Positions 41,048-51,415 of a stretch of 54,803 nt of DNA are shown here, in pieces. Where the stretch lies: IMG/VR virus record IMGVR_UViG_3300037313_001570, positions 1 through 54,803 of that record. One strand, written 5' to 3'. The DNA is from a virus. The translations under genes and the position numbers were made by a program. Every line of letters begins with the position of its first letter. Positions within the stretch are counted from its first letter, which is position 1. Below the pieces are notes generated by a model that worked only from the letters and a program-made list of their open reading frames with translations, was not told the origin of the DNA and searched no databases.

Positions 41048-42247
41048 ATGGCATTAACTATCAAATATAATCCTGTTGATTATTCTAGCGCCCACGAAGA
41101 TGTCCTATTTGTTTTATTAGAAGACACAAAGCCTTTCGATTCGACAACATACCCAGATTATAAATACGTATGCGATATTTATATTTATGGAATTCTTCAG
41201 GCAAGATTAAAAGCTTTCCCGCGTCCAGATGATAAATTAGGAATTTTCAATATTGGGAATATTGTACGAAATTATCTATATACAATTTTTCAACCATTAC
41301 CGAATCAAATAATATCTCAAAGATTAGGGGAGAATGCTTTCTACGTGAATGTCATTTGTAGATTTGGAGAAGAATATGGATTTACAACATACACAAATTT
41401 AATCGTTGATTCGCAGAGGTCATATTTTAATCATTACAATGGAAGACAATTTGGCACCAACACTATTCTAACAAGTGTTTTGGATAAAACAATGACTAAT
41501 CGTCCATATGCAACTCCTGTTGATATTAATTCAAAATTTTGTTTTATTCCTTTTCTTGCAAGCGACGATACTACTTTTCAAGTCCAAGTAAAATGTTATA
41601 ATAGTAATGGGCTTGTTCGTTCTGTGAATTATAATGTCTCTCCGACTACTGGTTCTTTTAATGAGTTACAACAAATTAATCTTGCTCCTCAAAATATAAA
41701 TGCAGTAAGTCCTGGAACGATAGATGGATTAGTCGAATATTATACAGTTACTTTTAACACGACGAATATAATAGACGATACGACATTGCGTTTCAATTTA
41801 ACATGCGAATCAAAGTATGATGTTTGGACGATTCATTTCTTAAATAAATATGGCGGATTCGAAAGTAAAGATTTTTCAAAAGTATCTAGAAGCACAATAG
41901 ATATAACAAAATCGAATTTCGGACAGAGCGCATATCTTGTAAAAAATGATGGAACTGTTTCTAGATTCGATTCTTCGAGTAATGTTTATAGAGAACAAGT
42001 AGCGACTTATGCGAGTGTGTGGAATGAAAAGATGCAATTAAATTCAAATTTTCTTACAGATTCGGAATATGTCTGGTTAAGCGAATTAATAAAATCTCCA
42101 TTAGTCTATATTGAATATAATGGTTATTTCTTTCCTATCAATATTACTAATACTAATTATGAAAATAAAAAAAGTATAAATGATCATTTAACAAATCTTA
42201 TGCTCAATATTCAATTTGGGGAAAATTATAATACTCAGTATAGATAA
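41048..42247 (+). CDS. hypothetical virion/tail protein (399 aa)
   Basis: ATG ORF, tightly coupled to its neighbours. Confidence 0.6.
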   Translation: MALTIKYNPVDYSSAHEDVLFVLLEDTKPFDSTTYPDYKYVCDIYIYGILQARLKAFPRPDDKLGIFNIGNIVRNYLYTIFQPLPNQIISQRLGENAFYVNVICRFGEEYGFTTYTNLIVDSQRSYFNHYNGRQFGTNTILTSVLDKTMTNRPYATPVDINSKFCFIPFLASDDTTFQVQVKCYNSNGLVRSVNYNVSPTTGSFNELQQINLAPQNINAVSPGTIDGLVEYYTVTFNTTNIIDDTTLRFNLTCESKYDVWTIHFLNKYGGFESKDFSKVSRSTIDITKSNFGQSAYLVKNDGTVSRFDSSSNVYREQVATYASVWNEKMQLNSNFLTDSEYVWLSELIKSPLVYIEYNGYFFPINITNTNYENKKSINDHLTNLMLNIQFGENYNTQYR

Positions 42248-44928
42248 TGATTACAGAATTATATATTGAAAATTACAGATTAGATATTACAGATGACATT
42301 AGCGCATTAATGACATTTGCGATTGATGATATAAAAGATTTCGGTTCAAGATCGACAACATGGAGCAAGACAATCGTATTACCCGGCACTCAAAATAATA
42401 ATAGGATATTTGGGAGTATCTTTCAAGTTGGCCACGCAAATTCGTATAATTCAGGATATCCTAATGCAAATTTTAATTTTAATGCTTCCGTATCTGCGAA
42501 TGTTATAATATTTCAAGATAGAATGCAAACTTTTCGAGGCATTCTAAGATTAATGGAAGTGGATTATACTAATGGCTTATGGGGACAAATAGAATATGAA
42601 GTATCTGTATTTGGGAACTTAGTTAACCTTAATGCAGCATTAACTGGAAAACTTTTAGAGAATATAGATTTTAGTATTTACGATCACATATACAACGATA
42701 CAAATATTGTACAGAGTTGGGATAATCCTGGAGGAAGTGGTATTTTTTATCCATTGATTGATTATGGAACTTATTCAACAGATAAACACGATTGGGATAT
42801 ACATACTTTCCGTCCTGGATTATATGCAAGAGAATATATCGATAAAATTTTTTCTGGTGCAAACTACCGTTACGATGCTCCTCTTTTTGATACACCAAGA
42901 TTTAAATCTTTAATTATTCCTCATAATAAAAAAATCCTAACAACAAATCAAAGCAATCTTGTTGATGGGAATAATTATTCTCGAGGTATCTTAAATGGAG
43001 TTCCTATTACTCAAGATTATGGGCAACCGCCTACAGAAGGTTTAACATGGACAGCAGGCACCCCACCAAATGATGGAATACTTTTAAATTGGACATTTAG
43101 TAAAGGATCTGGATTTACAACAACAGACGGGAAGGTATATAAGTATCAAGGAACATCCACAACAAATATTCAAATAACTTTTTCGATTTCTGGAAGTTTT
43201 GGTACATCTGCCGGTAGTCCGTTTACTACTTATTGTGAATTATATTTAAACTTGTGGAAGAATGGAGAAGGGAATACTTTAGTCGGAAGATGGACACAGC
43301 CGAATTTTAGTTGGCCTAATCGCCAGAATTTTAATTTTGGAACAAATGTTACAGTGACAATAAGCGTAGCCCCAAATGATACATTAGAATTTCGTTGGAC
43401 TCAAGGGAATTTTGCAGGTATTTTAATTACAGATGTAAAAACAATTGGAGGTAATTTTAATATTAAATCTGCGAATGGAACAGTTGGAGTGCCAATTCTT
43501 TTCGGGGATACTGTAAAAATGAATGATCAAATACCACAGAATATACGTCAAATTGATTTCTTAGTTTGGATAGTTAGGCTCTTTAATTTATATGTTCTGG
43601 AAGATAAAAACGATCCATATTTAATTCATATAACACCATATGTTGATTTCTATAGCAAGAATACAGCGAACTCTATCGATTGGACATACAAGCTAAATAG
43701 AAAGAAAAAGATTTCTGTTAAACCAATGTCCGAGCTAAATGCTAAGATTTATAATTTTAAATTCAAAAGCGATAGTGATTACTATAATGATCTTTATAGA
43801 AAACGCTATAACGAAGGCTATGGAGACAGAATCTATGATAGCCAAAGCGAATTTATTCAAACTTCACAAGATATCGAAATAGGGTTTAGCTCAACACCTC
43901 TTGTTGGGTATGGTGGCGAAGAGAAAATATATCCAACAATCTTTAAAAGAACTGGTACAGATAATGACCCAAAAGAAGAAAATACGGATAGCAATATACG
44001 AATTCTTCAAACAAAAAAAATTACAGGTATACCTTCTTGGAATATTAAGAATAATGAAACAATCATAAATACGCAAACTCAATACGGATATGCAGGTCAT
44101 TTAAACGATCCAGACGCGCCATCTGACGATATAAATTTTGGAGCTCCAAAAGAATTATTTTTTATTCTCCTTACTGGAAATCTTTCTAATAACCAATTTA
44201 ATATTTATTGGTCGCCATATATGGCAGAAGTCACAGATAAGGATAGTAAATTATTAACTGCATCGTTCTGGCTTAATCCAAAAGACATAATCGCACTTGA
44301 TTTCTCAAAATATATTTATTTAGAAGGGATTGCTTATAGATTAAACGCTATAAGGAATTATAATGCTACCAAACCAGACGATTGTATAGTCGAATTATTA
44401 AAAATTAATTTCACAGATTATACAGAATCTGCTGCGAATAGCGGCCCGCCTAATGGATGCTTCTTGCTATGGAGTGACGAACAAACTTTAGATTATGATA
44501 CAAGTCTGCCTCTAGTATATAGCGATTGTACTAATCCAGGCGATGGTGATACAACAGGAGGCGGAGCTGGTTCTGGTGGTAGTGGTGGGTCTGGAGGAGG
44601 AGTCACACCACCACCACCACCACCTACAATCTTCTATTTAAATTGGTCTTTTACTCGTACTGCAATATTTGGAACATTAAAAATATATCAAAATAGTGGT
44701 TTGCAAGGATTTGCAACATCTAATAAGACCGGTTCGTTTGTAATTAATTCGGGAGACGCGATCGAGATTGATATATCCGGAACATTTGGAAAGCCAAAAA
44801 GAATCCAAATAACGAATGATATAGATGGGGTTATTTATGATAATACGACAACACTTGTAACAAATACTCATACAATAACTATCCTCGCAAATAGAAATTA
44901 TAATATAATAGCGACTGCATCAAATTAA
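42247..44928 (+). CDS. large tail/baseplate-associated protein with Gly/Ser-Pro hinge
   Basis: 893 aa. GGGAGSGGSGGSGGGVTPPPPPP linker before a C-terminal domain of roughly 100 aa. Confidence 0.6.
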   Translation: MITELYIENYRLDITDDISALMTFAIDDIKDFGSRSTTWSKTIVLPGTQNNNRIFGSIFQVGHANSYNSGYPNANFNFNASVSANVIIFQDRMQTFRGILRLMEVDYTNGLWGQIEYEVSVFGNLVNLNAALTGKLLENIDFSIYDHIYNDTNIVQSWDNPGGSGIFYPLIDYGTYSTDKHDWDIHTFRPGLYAREYIDKIFSGANYRYDAPLFDTPRFKSLIIPHNKKILTTNQSNLVDGNNYSRGILNGVPITQDYGQPPTEGLTWTAGTPPNDGILLNWTFSKGSGFTTTDGKVYKYQGTSTTNIQITFSISGSFGTSAGSPFTTYCELYLNLWKNGEGNTLVGRWTQPNFSWPNRQNFNFGTNVTVTISVAPNDTLEFRWTQGNFAGILITDVKTIGGNFNIKSANGTVGVPILFGDTVKMNDQIPQNIRQIDFLVWIVRLFNLYVLEDKNDPYLIHITPYVDFYSKNTANSIDWTYKLNRKKKISVKPMSELNAKIYNFKFKSDSDYYNDLYRKRYNEGYGDRIYDSQSEFIQTSQDIEIGFSSTPLVGYGGEEKIYPTIFKRTGTDNDPKEENTDSNIRILQTKKITGIPSWNIKNNETIINTQTQYGYAGHLNDPDAPSDDINFGAPKELFFILLTGNLSNNQFNIYWSPYMAEVTDKDSKLLTASFWLNPKDIIALDFSKYIYLEGIAYRLNAIRNYNATKPDDCIVELLKINFTDYTESAANSGPPNGCFLLWSDEQTLDYDTSLPLVYSDCTNPGDGDTTGGGAGSGGSGGSGGGVTPPPPPPTIFYLNWSFTRTAIFGTLKIYQNSGLQGFATSNKTGSFVINSGDAIEIDISGTFGKPKRIQITNDIDGVIYDNTTTLVTNTHTITILANRNYNIIATASN

Positions 44929-44933
44929 ATTAT

Positions 44934-45296
44934 ATGAGTAAGAAAATAAACCAATTAGACGCAGCTACAGATACAGAATCTTTAAATGATAGTTGGGTAC
45001 TTGCTCAGGCAGACCCAACGAATGGTATAGCAAAGAAGGTAACAGTCGCCCAATTAAAAGAAGCATATGGGACGAAAAAATATACGTACACGGCATCTGG
45101 GTTAGAAGGTAATACCCTCACTATTCCAACAATTGCAGGTAAGCAAGTCTTAATAATAGGGAGGGGATTAGGGTTTATTTATGAAACAGGAAGTTCACCA
45201 GAAAGCGACGAATATACTTGGGATGATGTGAATTTAGTTTTAGGGGCTGTAACAAATCCGGGTGAACGTTTTTTAATTCTTTATAGAAATTATTAA
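44934..45296 (+). CDS. small fibre-like protein
   Basis: KINQLDAATDTESLNDSWVLAQADPTNGIAKKVTVAQLKE is a typical N-terminus of phage fibre/spike proteins. Confidence 0.5.
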   Translation: MSKKINQLDAATDTESLNDSWVLAQADPTNGIAKKVTVAQLKEAYGTKKYTYTASGLEGNTLTIPTIAGKQVLIIGRGLGFIYETGSSPESDEYTWDDVNLVLGAVTNPGERFLILYRNY

Positions 45297-45300
45297 AATT

Positions 45301-47760
45301 ATGGCAGATCAGGAAGTAGTAGCGAAACTTAAACTCGATAGTAGCGAAGCGGAAACTAAAATAAAATCATTTAAATCTCAATTAAGAGAGGCAACTCAAG
45401 AGATGATTTCGATGGCAGAAAAGTTTGGAGAAACTTCTGCCGAAGCTCGTAACGCTGCACAACGTGTTGCCGAATTAAAAGACAAAATAGGCGATGCAAA
45501 AAATCTTTCAGATGCATTTAACCCGGATAAAAAGTTTCAAGCATTCGCAACTGTTTTACAGGGAGTCGCTGGAGGGTTTGCGGCTGTACAAGGCGCAATG
45601 GCTTTAGTTGGCGTCGAAGGAGAAGATGTACAAAAAACTCTAACTAAAGTTCAAGCTGCATTAGCATTCTCGCAAGGGGTAAATAGTATTACCGGGTTAA
45701 AGGACGCTTTTAGAGATCTCGGAGTATTTATTAATTCGTCCACAACAATTCAAAAAGCAAACACCGCTGCAACGAGTACAGCATCATCTATTCAGAAATT
45801 ATTTACTGGAGCTGTAGACGAAACTTCAACTTCATTCAAAGTTCTTAAAGGCGCGATTGCAGCTCTCGGAATCGGTTTACTAATTATTGCAATAGGCGAA
45901 TTAATTGCTAATTGGGATAAAATAAAGGTTGCAATATCTGGCGTAACAAAAGAACAAGAAGCATTAAATCAAGTTAATGCGAAAGCGATTGACGGGTATG
46001 TAAAAGAAGAAATTCACATTCAATCATTACAACGCGAAGTCGAAAACGAAAACACAAGTAAGCAAAGGAAGAAAGAAATAATTGTAGAGCTTAATAGAAT
46101 TTCTCCTACATATTTTGGAAATATAAAGACAGAGACAGATTTACAAGAAAAACTCAATGCGCAAATCTCAAAATATATTCAGGCTATCGAATTAAAAGCT
46201 AAGATACAAGCCGGTGAACAATTATTGCAGGAAGGACAAAAGAAAATAATAGAAGAGCAATTAGAAGGACAAAAGAAAATAAACGAAGAGAATGATAGAA
46301 TAAATTACGAAGGAGCAGAAAGAGTAAAGAAAAATCAAGAAATATTTGCATACTCTACTCAAAAAAATATAGAGAAGATTCAAAAAGAATTAAAACCATT
46401 AACAGACATTATTGACGATGCGAATAAAAAACTTCAAGGATTAGGCGGTGATCCGGATGGATCTGGAGTTCGTGTAATGGAAGATCAAAATAAGAAAATT
46501 CTTGAGCTTCAAAAAATAAGATTAAATGAAATAATCGATACAAACCAACGCATTCTTGCAGATACAAACAATACAGAACAATCAAGATTCGCAGCTATTT
46601 CAAAATTAGAAAATGCTCAATTGCAATTAATTGATGTAAATAGAAAACAACAATTACAGAATGCAACTTTAACAGAAGAGGATATACAAGTTATAGAAGC
46701 GCAGAGCAATGCATCGAGAAAAAAATTAAGTGAAGATTTTTATAAACAAAGAGAAGATTTAGCTAAAGAATATTATCAACAACAATTAGCCGGTGAAGAA
46801 GAAGTTTCTAAATCATCTCAAGCGATTCAAATTCTTCAATTAAATAATGAAAGACAAATTGCAAGACAGAAAATTATAGACGATGCAGCAAACGAATCAA
46901 AGAGGATAAATGATTTAAAAATATCTAGCGAATTAAGATTACAATTACAGATTCAATTAAGGCAAAGAGAAAGATTAGAATTAGAAAAAGTTGATAAAGA
47001 ATATGATGAAAAACAAAAAGAAAAAGACGCAGAAAGATTAAAAACAAATCTTGATAATATGCTCGGTTTATTAAAAATAAATGAGGATATGGTTAAAGCA
47101 CAAAATGAATTAAGAAAAGAAATAAGGCAAAAAGAAGAAGATGAATTTCAAATACAATTAGATCAATTAGGCGAATGGTATAAACAGAAAATTGAATTAG
47201 CTAATGGAAACGAACAATTAATTAATGATATAACAGCTTCTTATGAAAGACAAAGGACAAGAATAGTACAAGCTGAAAATAATATGCGTCTTACTATTGT
47301 TTCCGATGTTCTTGGAAAAGCTGCTGATCTTTTTGGGAAACAGACGGCAGCAGGGAAAGTCCTTGCGATTGCTCAGGCAACCATAAATACTTATACAGGA
47401 GCTACTGAAGCATTACGAGCTAAAGTGCCATTCCCAGAACCAATCGCAACAGGCATTCGTATTGCTCAGGCGGCTGTTATAATAGCGGCTGGATTAAAGA
47501 GCATAAAAGAGATTGTAAAGACAAAGGTTCCAGGAGGAGATGGTGGTGCAGGAACAGCGGCATCCGCAAGTCTTACAAGCGTAGCAAGTGCTACAGCACC
47601 AATAACACCGACTCCGCAAGTTCAAACAACAGCTTTAGATCAAGCGACATTAAATAATATTGGTAATGCTACCGTTCGAGCATTTGTCGTAGAAAGTGAT
47701 GTAACAGATAACCAAGAAAGGATAACAAGATTAAATCGGGCTGCTCGACTTGGCGGGTAA
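45301..47760 (+). CDS. tape-measure-like protein (long coiled coil with hydrophobic segments)
   Basis: 819 aa. E/K/Q-rich coiled coil and hydrophobic stretches LKGAIAALGIGLLIIAIGELIANW and IRIAQAAVIIAAGL. Confidence 0.5.
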   Translation: MADQEVVAKLKLDSSEAETKIKSFKSQLREATQEMISMAEKFGETSAEARNAAQRVAELKDKIGDAKNLSDAFNPDKKFQAFATVLQGVAGGFAAVQGAMALVGVEGEDVQKTLTKVQAALAFSQGVNSITGLKDAFRDLGVFINSSTTIQKANTAATSTASSIQKLFTGAVDETSTSFKVLKGAIAALGIGLLIIAIGELIANWDKIKVAISGVTKEQEALNQVNAKAIDGYVKEEIHIQSLQREVENENTSKQRKKEIIVELNRISPTYFGNIKTETDLQEKLNAQISKYIQAIELKAKIQAGEQLLQEGQKKIIEEQLEGQKKINEENDRINYEGAERVKKNQEIFAYSTQKNIEKIQKELKPLTDIIDDANKKLQGLGGDPDGSGVRVMEDQNKKILELQKIRLNEIIDTNQRILADTNNTEQSRFAAISKLENAQLQLIDVNRKQQLQNATLTEEDIQVIEAQSNASRKKLSEDFYKQREDLAKEYYQQQLAGEEEVSKSSQAIQILQLNNERQIARQKIIDDAANESKRINDLKISSELRLQLQIQLRQRERLELEKVDKEYDEKQKEKDAERLKTNLDNMLGLLKINEDMVKAQNELRKEIRQKEEDEFQIQLDQLGEWYKQKIELANGNEQLINDITASYERQRTRIVQAENNMRLTIVSDVLGKAADLFGKQTAAGKVLAIAQATINTYTGATEALRAKVPFPEPIATGIRIAQAAVIIAAGLKSIKEIVKTKVPGGDGGAGTAASASLTSVASATAPITPTPQVQTTALDQATLNNIGNATVRAFVVESDVTDNQERITRLNRAARLGG

Positions 47761-47806
47761 TTAAAAAATAAATCAAACATCCACTATAAAAACAATATTT
47801 AAATTC

Positions 47807-48406
47807 ATGGATTTCCCAGTTTATAAATGTATTATTGATCCTAATGTTGATAGCGAATTAGGAATTGATTTTATCGCATTGGTAGATAAGCCTGCGATAG
47901 AAAAAAATTTCATGGCTTTTAATAAAGAGAAATTAAGGTTTTCTATCGACGAAGACAGAAGAATAGTAAGTGGCCCTGCAATGATCGCAGATATGCTTAT
48001 ATATAGGAATATGGATCCAATTGGGGAATTCTATACTGTATTTGATAAGCAAACTATTTTTCAAATAGTACAGAAGTTTTTTAAGAAGGGATTAATTCAT
48101 AGCTTTAATTTAATGCATGATGATAAACAGCAAGTTCCTGGAATAACAATTTACGAATCGTTTATTACAGATGAAGTAAGAGGGATTAAGCCAATGAATG
48201 GATTTGAAGATGTAGCAGATGGAAGTTGGTTTATAAGTGCATATGTCGACGACGATTCTGTATGGAAAGGAATAAAGGATGGAACTTATAAAGGCTTTAG
48301 CGTAGAGGGTCTATTCCAACAAATTCCCATCAAGATTATAAAATTTAATGCAGAAGATATTTTAAATAAATTAAAGACTCTGCTCGAATGTTGGGATGGT
48401 AATTAA
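47807..48406 (+). CDS. XkdF-like putative prohead protease
   Basis: RIVSGPAMIADMLIYR...FNLMHD pattern recalled from the XkdF family. Located upstream of the scaffold-like and capsid genes. Confidence 0.45.
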   Translation: MDFPVYKCIIDPNVDSELGIDFIALVDKPAIEKNFMAFNKEKLRFSIDEDRRIVSGPAMIADMLIYRNMDPIGEFYTVFDKQTIFQIVQKFFKKGLIHSFNLMHDDKQQVPGITIYESFITDEVRGIKPMNGFEDVADGSWFISAYVDDDSVWKGIKDGTYKGFSVEGLFQQIPIKIIKFNAEDILNKLKTLLECWDGN

Positions 48407-48445
48407 ATCAATTCGCACAAAACAAAAACCATTATATTTAATTAT

Positions 48446-49270
48446 ATGAAGACAGAAGCAATAAATTTAATTAATAAGATCAAGCAATTATTTGCAGATA
48501 TGCCGATTCCAGCAGCTCCGGTAGAATCAAACGAGCCTACAAATTCGGTAGTTATGAATACTACTGATGGAGTAGAGGTAGTTGTCGATAAACTCGCTAC
48601 AGGAGGGAAAGCTACGATCGCAGGACAACCAGCTGCCGCTGGAACCTATGTCTTCACAGATGGAAGTTCTATTGTTGTAGACACGACAGGAACAATAACA
48701 ACTTATACTGCTCCTGCTGTACCCGCAACACCACCACCAACCATTCCAGACCCAACTTTAGACGCAAAACAAAATGCTCCCGCTCAGGTTACACAACCAA
48801 ATCCAGCAAAAATGTCCAAACAGTTTAAATTCTCTGACATTAAAAAAACAGAAGAAATTGAAACTATGTTTGCTGCATTTGCAACCGGTACACCAGAAGA
48901 AAGAATCTCCAATTTAGAACTTGTTTGCAAGGCTTTAATGGAATATAATTTTGGATGGGAAATTCGTCAGGCAAAAGAAAATACGGACAAGCAAGCTGCA
49001 ATTTCGATCTATACAAATGAACTGTCTACAGTTCAGGCACAAATGAAATCGCAAAAAGAAACAATCGAAAAACAGCAAGGTATTATCGTACAAATGTTCG
49101 CTCTAATGGAAGAGTTTTCAAAAGAACCAGTTGCAAATCCTCCCGGCGAAACAAAAAAATCATTTAAGTTTAATGAAGTACTAGGCAAGAAAAAAGGAAA
49201 TTCTAGTATTAACAAATACGCCGAAGCTGCTCAAAAAATTAAAGAAGAACAAGAAGCAGCATCAAAATAA
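48446..49270 (+). CDS. scaffold-like or head-decoration-like protein
   Basis: Ala/Thr/Pro-rich N-terminal half and a coiled C-terminal half, directly upstream of the capsid gene. Confidence 0.4.
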   Translation: MKTEAINLINKIKQLFADMPIPAAPVESNEPTNSVVMNTTDGVEVVVDKLATGGKATIAGQPAAAGTYVFTDGSSIVVDTTGTITTYTAPAVPATPPPTIPDPTLDAKQNAPAQVTQPNPAKMSKQFKFSDIKKTEEIETMFAAFATGTPEERISNLELVCKALMEYNFGWEIRQAKENTDKQAAISIYTNELSTVQAQMKSQKETIEKQQGIIVQMFALMEEFSKEPVANPPGETKKSFKFNEVLGKKKGNSSINKYAEAAQKIKEEQEAASK

Positions 49271-49328
49271 AAGCACCCGTTTTTAAATCCAAATATTTTT
49301 TGAAAAACTTTTTTAAAATCCAAATACT

Positions 49329-50285
49329 ATGGCATTCAATGTTGCAGCCTTAACTGATTACACCGAACAGAACGAGTCGATGCTCGTTATGAAATCTTTG
49401 TTTGGCGCAAGGACGCAAGAAATTATACAAGCCGAAGGTAATATTCAGACAGGTATAAAATCGAGCGAAACAGTAAATATCCTAGACACAGATGCCACAT
49501 TTCAAACCGGTGGTACTTGTGGATTCCTTTCGAGCGGAACAACAACCTTTAGTCAACGAACATTAACTGTTGGAAAGATTAAAGTCAATGAGGCACTCTG
49601 TCCAAAAGCACTTGAAGCAAAGTACACTCAAAAGGCTTTGCAGATTGGTAGCAGATATGAAAATATTCCATTCGAACAACAGTATACTGATTTAAAATCA
49701 GGTACTATTGCAGAGCAGATGGAGATTGGAATATGGCAGGGAGATACAGCAAGCGCGAATGCAAACCTGAATAAATTCGATGGTTTAATTAAAATTGTCG
49801 ATGCATCTGGTGCAGCAGCGCAAGGCAACCCGACAGGAATTACAACCGGTACCGGAATTACGACTTCGAATGTCCGCGGTATTGTTTCTGGCATGTATCT
49901 TGCATTGCCTGCGAATGTTCAAGGGAAAAAAGACGTTCGCGTATTTTGCGGATGGGATACTTTTCAAAAATTTATCTCTGCATACACAGATGCAAACTTG
50001 TTTAATTTCGCACCAAAGGGAAGTGAAATAAGTGCCGAAAATGGAGAAGTAATCATTCCCGGAACTTTCTATAAATTAACTGCCGTGCATGGCCTAGATG
50101 GGACAAATCGTCTATTTGCTATGCGTACTTCTAATATGTATTTCGGTACAGATTTAGAAAACGAGGAAGAACGTTGGGAAATCTTTTTCGCAAAAGAGGC
50201 AGACGAAATACGTTTCGTTGCAGAATGGAAAGCAGGTGTTCAGGTTGCCTTCCCTAATGAAATTGTATCGTTTAAACTTGTTTAA
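49329..50285 (+). CDS. major capsid protein (predicted from context)
   Basis: 318 aa. Follows the protease-like and scaffold-like genes, and is followed by an 11-bp-stem terminator. Confidence 0.6.
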   Translation: MAFNVAALTDYTEQNESMLVMKSLFGARTQEIIQAEGNIQTGIKSSETVNILDTDATFQTGGTCGFLSSGTTTFSQRTLTVGKIKVNEALCPKALEAKYTQKALQIGSRYENIPFEQQYTDLKSGTIAEQMEIGIWQGDTASANANLNKFDGLIKIVDASGAAAQGNPTGITTGTGITTSNVRGIVSGMYLALPANVQGKKDVRVFCGWDTFQKFISAYTDANLFNFAPKGSEISAENGEVIIPGTFYKLTAVHGLDGTNRLFAMRTSNMYFGTDLENEEERWEIFFAKEADEIRFVAEWKAGVQVAFPNEIVSFKLV

Positions 50286-50301
50286 CCTATGAATAACTGT
50301 T

Positions 50302-50333
50302 ATTAGAGCCGATGCAAAAAATTCGGCTCTAAT
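50302..50333 (+). terminator. strong hairpin terminator after the capsid gene
   Basis: ATTAGAGCCGA (50302-50312) pairs perfectly with TCGGCTCTAAT (50323-50333). Confidence 0.7.
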
Positions 50334-50362
50334 ACTTTTAAAAACTCTTTAAATTTAATCAG

Positions 50363-50899
50363 ATGGGCTGTGCATTAACTCAAGGACTCAATTTAGATTG
50401 TCGCGAAGGGATAGGCGGAATAAAAGAGGTTTATATAATTGAGCTCGCAAATGTCACCGCAATAACTGAATCGAGTGGGGTTGTTACGGCGATTACAAAA
50501 GCAACCGGGACAAGATTTTGGAAATACCAATTAACCCGTGAAACATCGAGTGCAACAGAAACAATTACAGGTAATGAACAAAATGGAACTCTTTTCTATG
50601 CTCAACAAGCAGTCGTGGTGATAAATAAAAGACAAGCTAGTGTAAGAAATGAAATCATGCTCTTAGCAAAGAATAGATTATTATTTGTAGTTGTAGAAAA
50701 TCAACTCGATTCAAATAATCAAAATAAAGCGTGGTTATACGGAAGAACACAGGGGCTTCTCTTAAATACAGGGAATAGCGAAACAGGAACCGGTTGGGGA
50801 GATAGAAATGGTTATTCGTTAACATTTACAGGAAATGAAGAAGAACTAGCACCTCAGGTTCAATATAGTTTACTTGCTTCATTAGAAACTCCCGGTTAA
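50363..50899 (+). CDS. abundant virion protein candidate (major tail/tube-like?)
   Basis: 178 aa, bracketed by two strong terminators. GGIKEVYII...NGYSLTFTGNEE pattern. Confidence 0.4.
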   Translation: MGCALTQGLNLDCREGIGGIKEVYIIELANVTAITESSGVVTAITKATGTRFWKYQLTRETSSATETITGNEQNGTLFYAQQAVVVINKRQASVRNEIMLLAKNRLLFVVVENQLDSNNQNKAWLYGRTQGLLLNTGNSETGTGWGDRNGYSLTFTGNEEELAPQVQYSLLASLETPG

Positions 50900-50949
50900 T
50901 AAATATATTTTTTGATTGCTTTAAAATCGCTTGTGAATTTTTAATTTTT

Positions 50950-50978
50950 CCTCGTACGTATTGCGTACGAGGTTTTTT
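50950..50978 (+). terminator. rho-independent terminator
   Basis: CCTCGTACG (50950-50958) pairs with CGTACGAGG (50964-50972), then T6 (50973-50978). Confidence 0.85.
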
Positions 50979-51016
50979 ATTTTTCCAACAAAAAAACATT
51001 CTATATATTTAATATT

Positions 51017-51415
51017 ATGCTGGAATTTTTTCAAAATGCACCGACTCAAAGAATAATCGTAACCTTAACGGAAACAACTATGCTTACGATTAATCCAGTA
51101 TACTATCTCTTTTATTTCAAACATATCGAGACAAAACAGACAGTGGCCTTTATTAAAAATTCTAATGAAGATCTAAGTCAATTCGTTTGGCGCTATAATA
51201 TGTTTGATATAGATGTTGATTCTAATTTTATACAGCCAGATAAGCCGGTTGGAAATTGGAATTATGAGATTTATGAACAGACAAGTAATTCGAATTTAGA
51301 TCCAACCCTATCTCAACATCTTGTCGAAAAAGGCAAAATGATTTATTATAGCGTAAATGAATTTAATTATTCTAAATACAATCCTTTAACTTCATATAGT
51401 TCATACAATGGATGA
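51017..51415 (+). CDS. hypothetical protein (132 aa)
   Basis: ATG ORF. Confidence 0.55.
   Translation: MLEFFQNAPTQRIIVTLTETTMLTINPVYYLFYFKHIETKQTVAFIKNSNEDLSQFVWRYNMFDIDVDSNFIQPDKPVGNWNYEIYEQTSNSNLDPTLSQHLVEKGKMIYYSVNEFNYSKYNPLTSYSSYNG

Noticed and set aside
44560-44625. Gly/Ser-Pro low-complexity DNA as a hypervariable (DGR-type) region
   Set aside because: There is no template repeat or RT anywhere in the genome. The region reads as a simple flexible hinge between domains of the tail protein.
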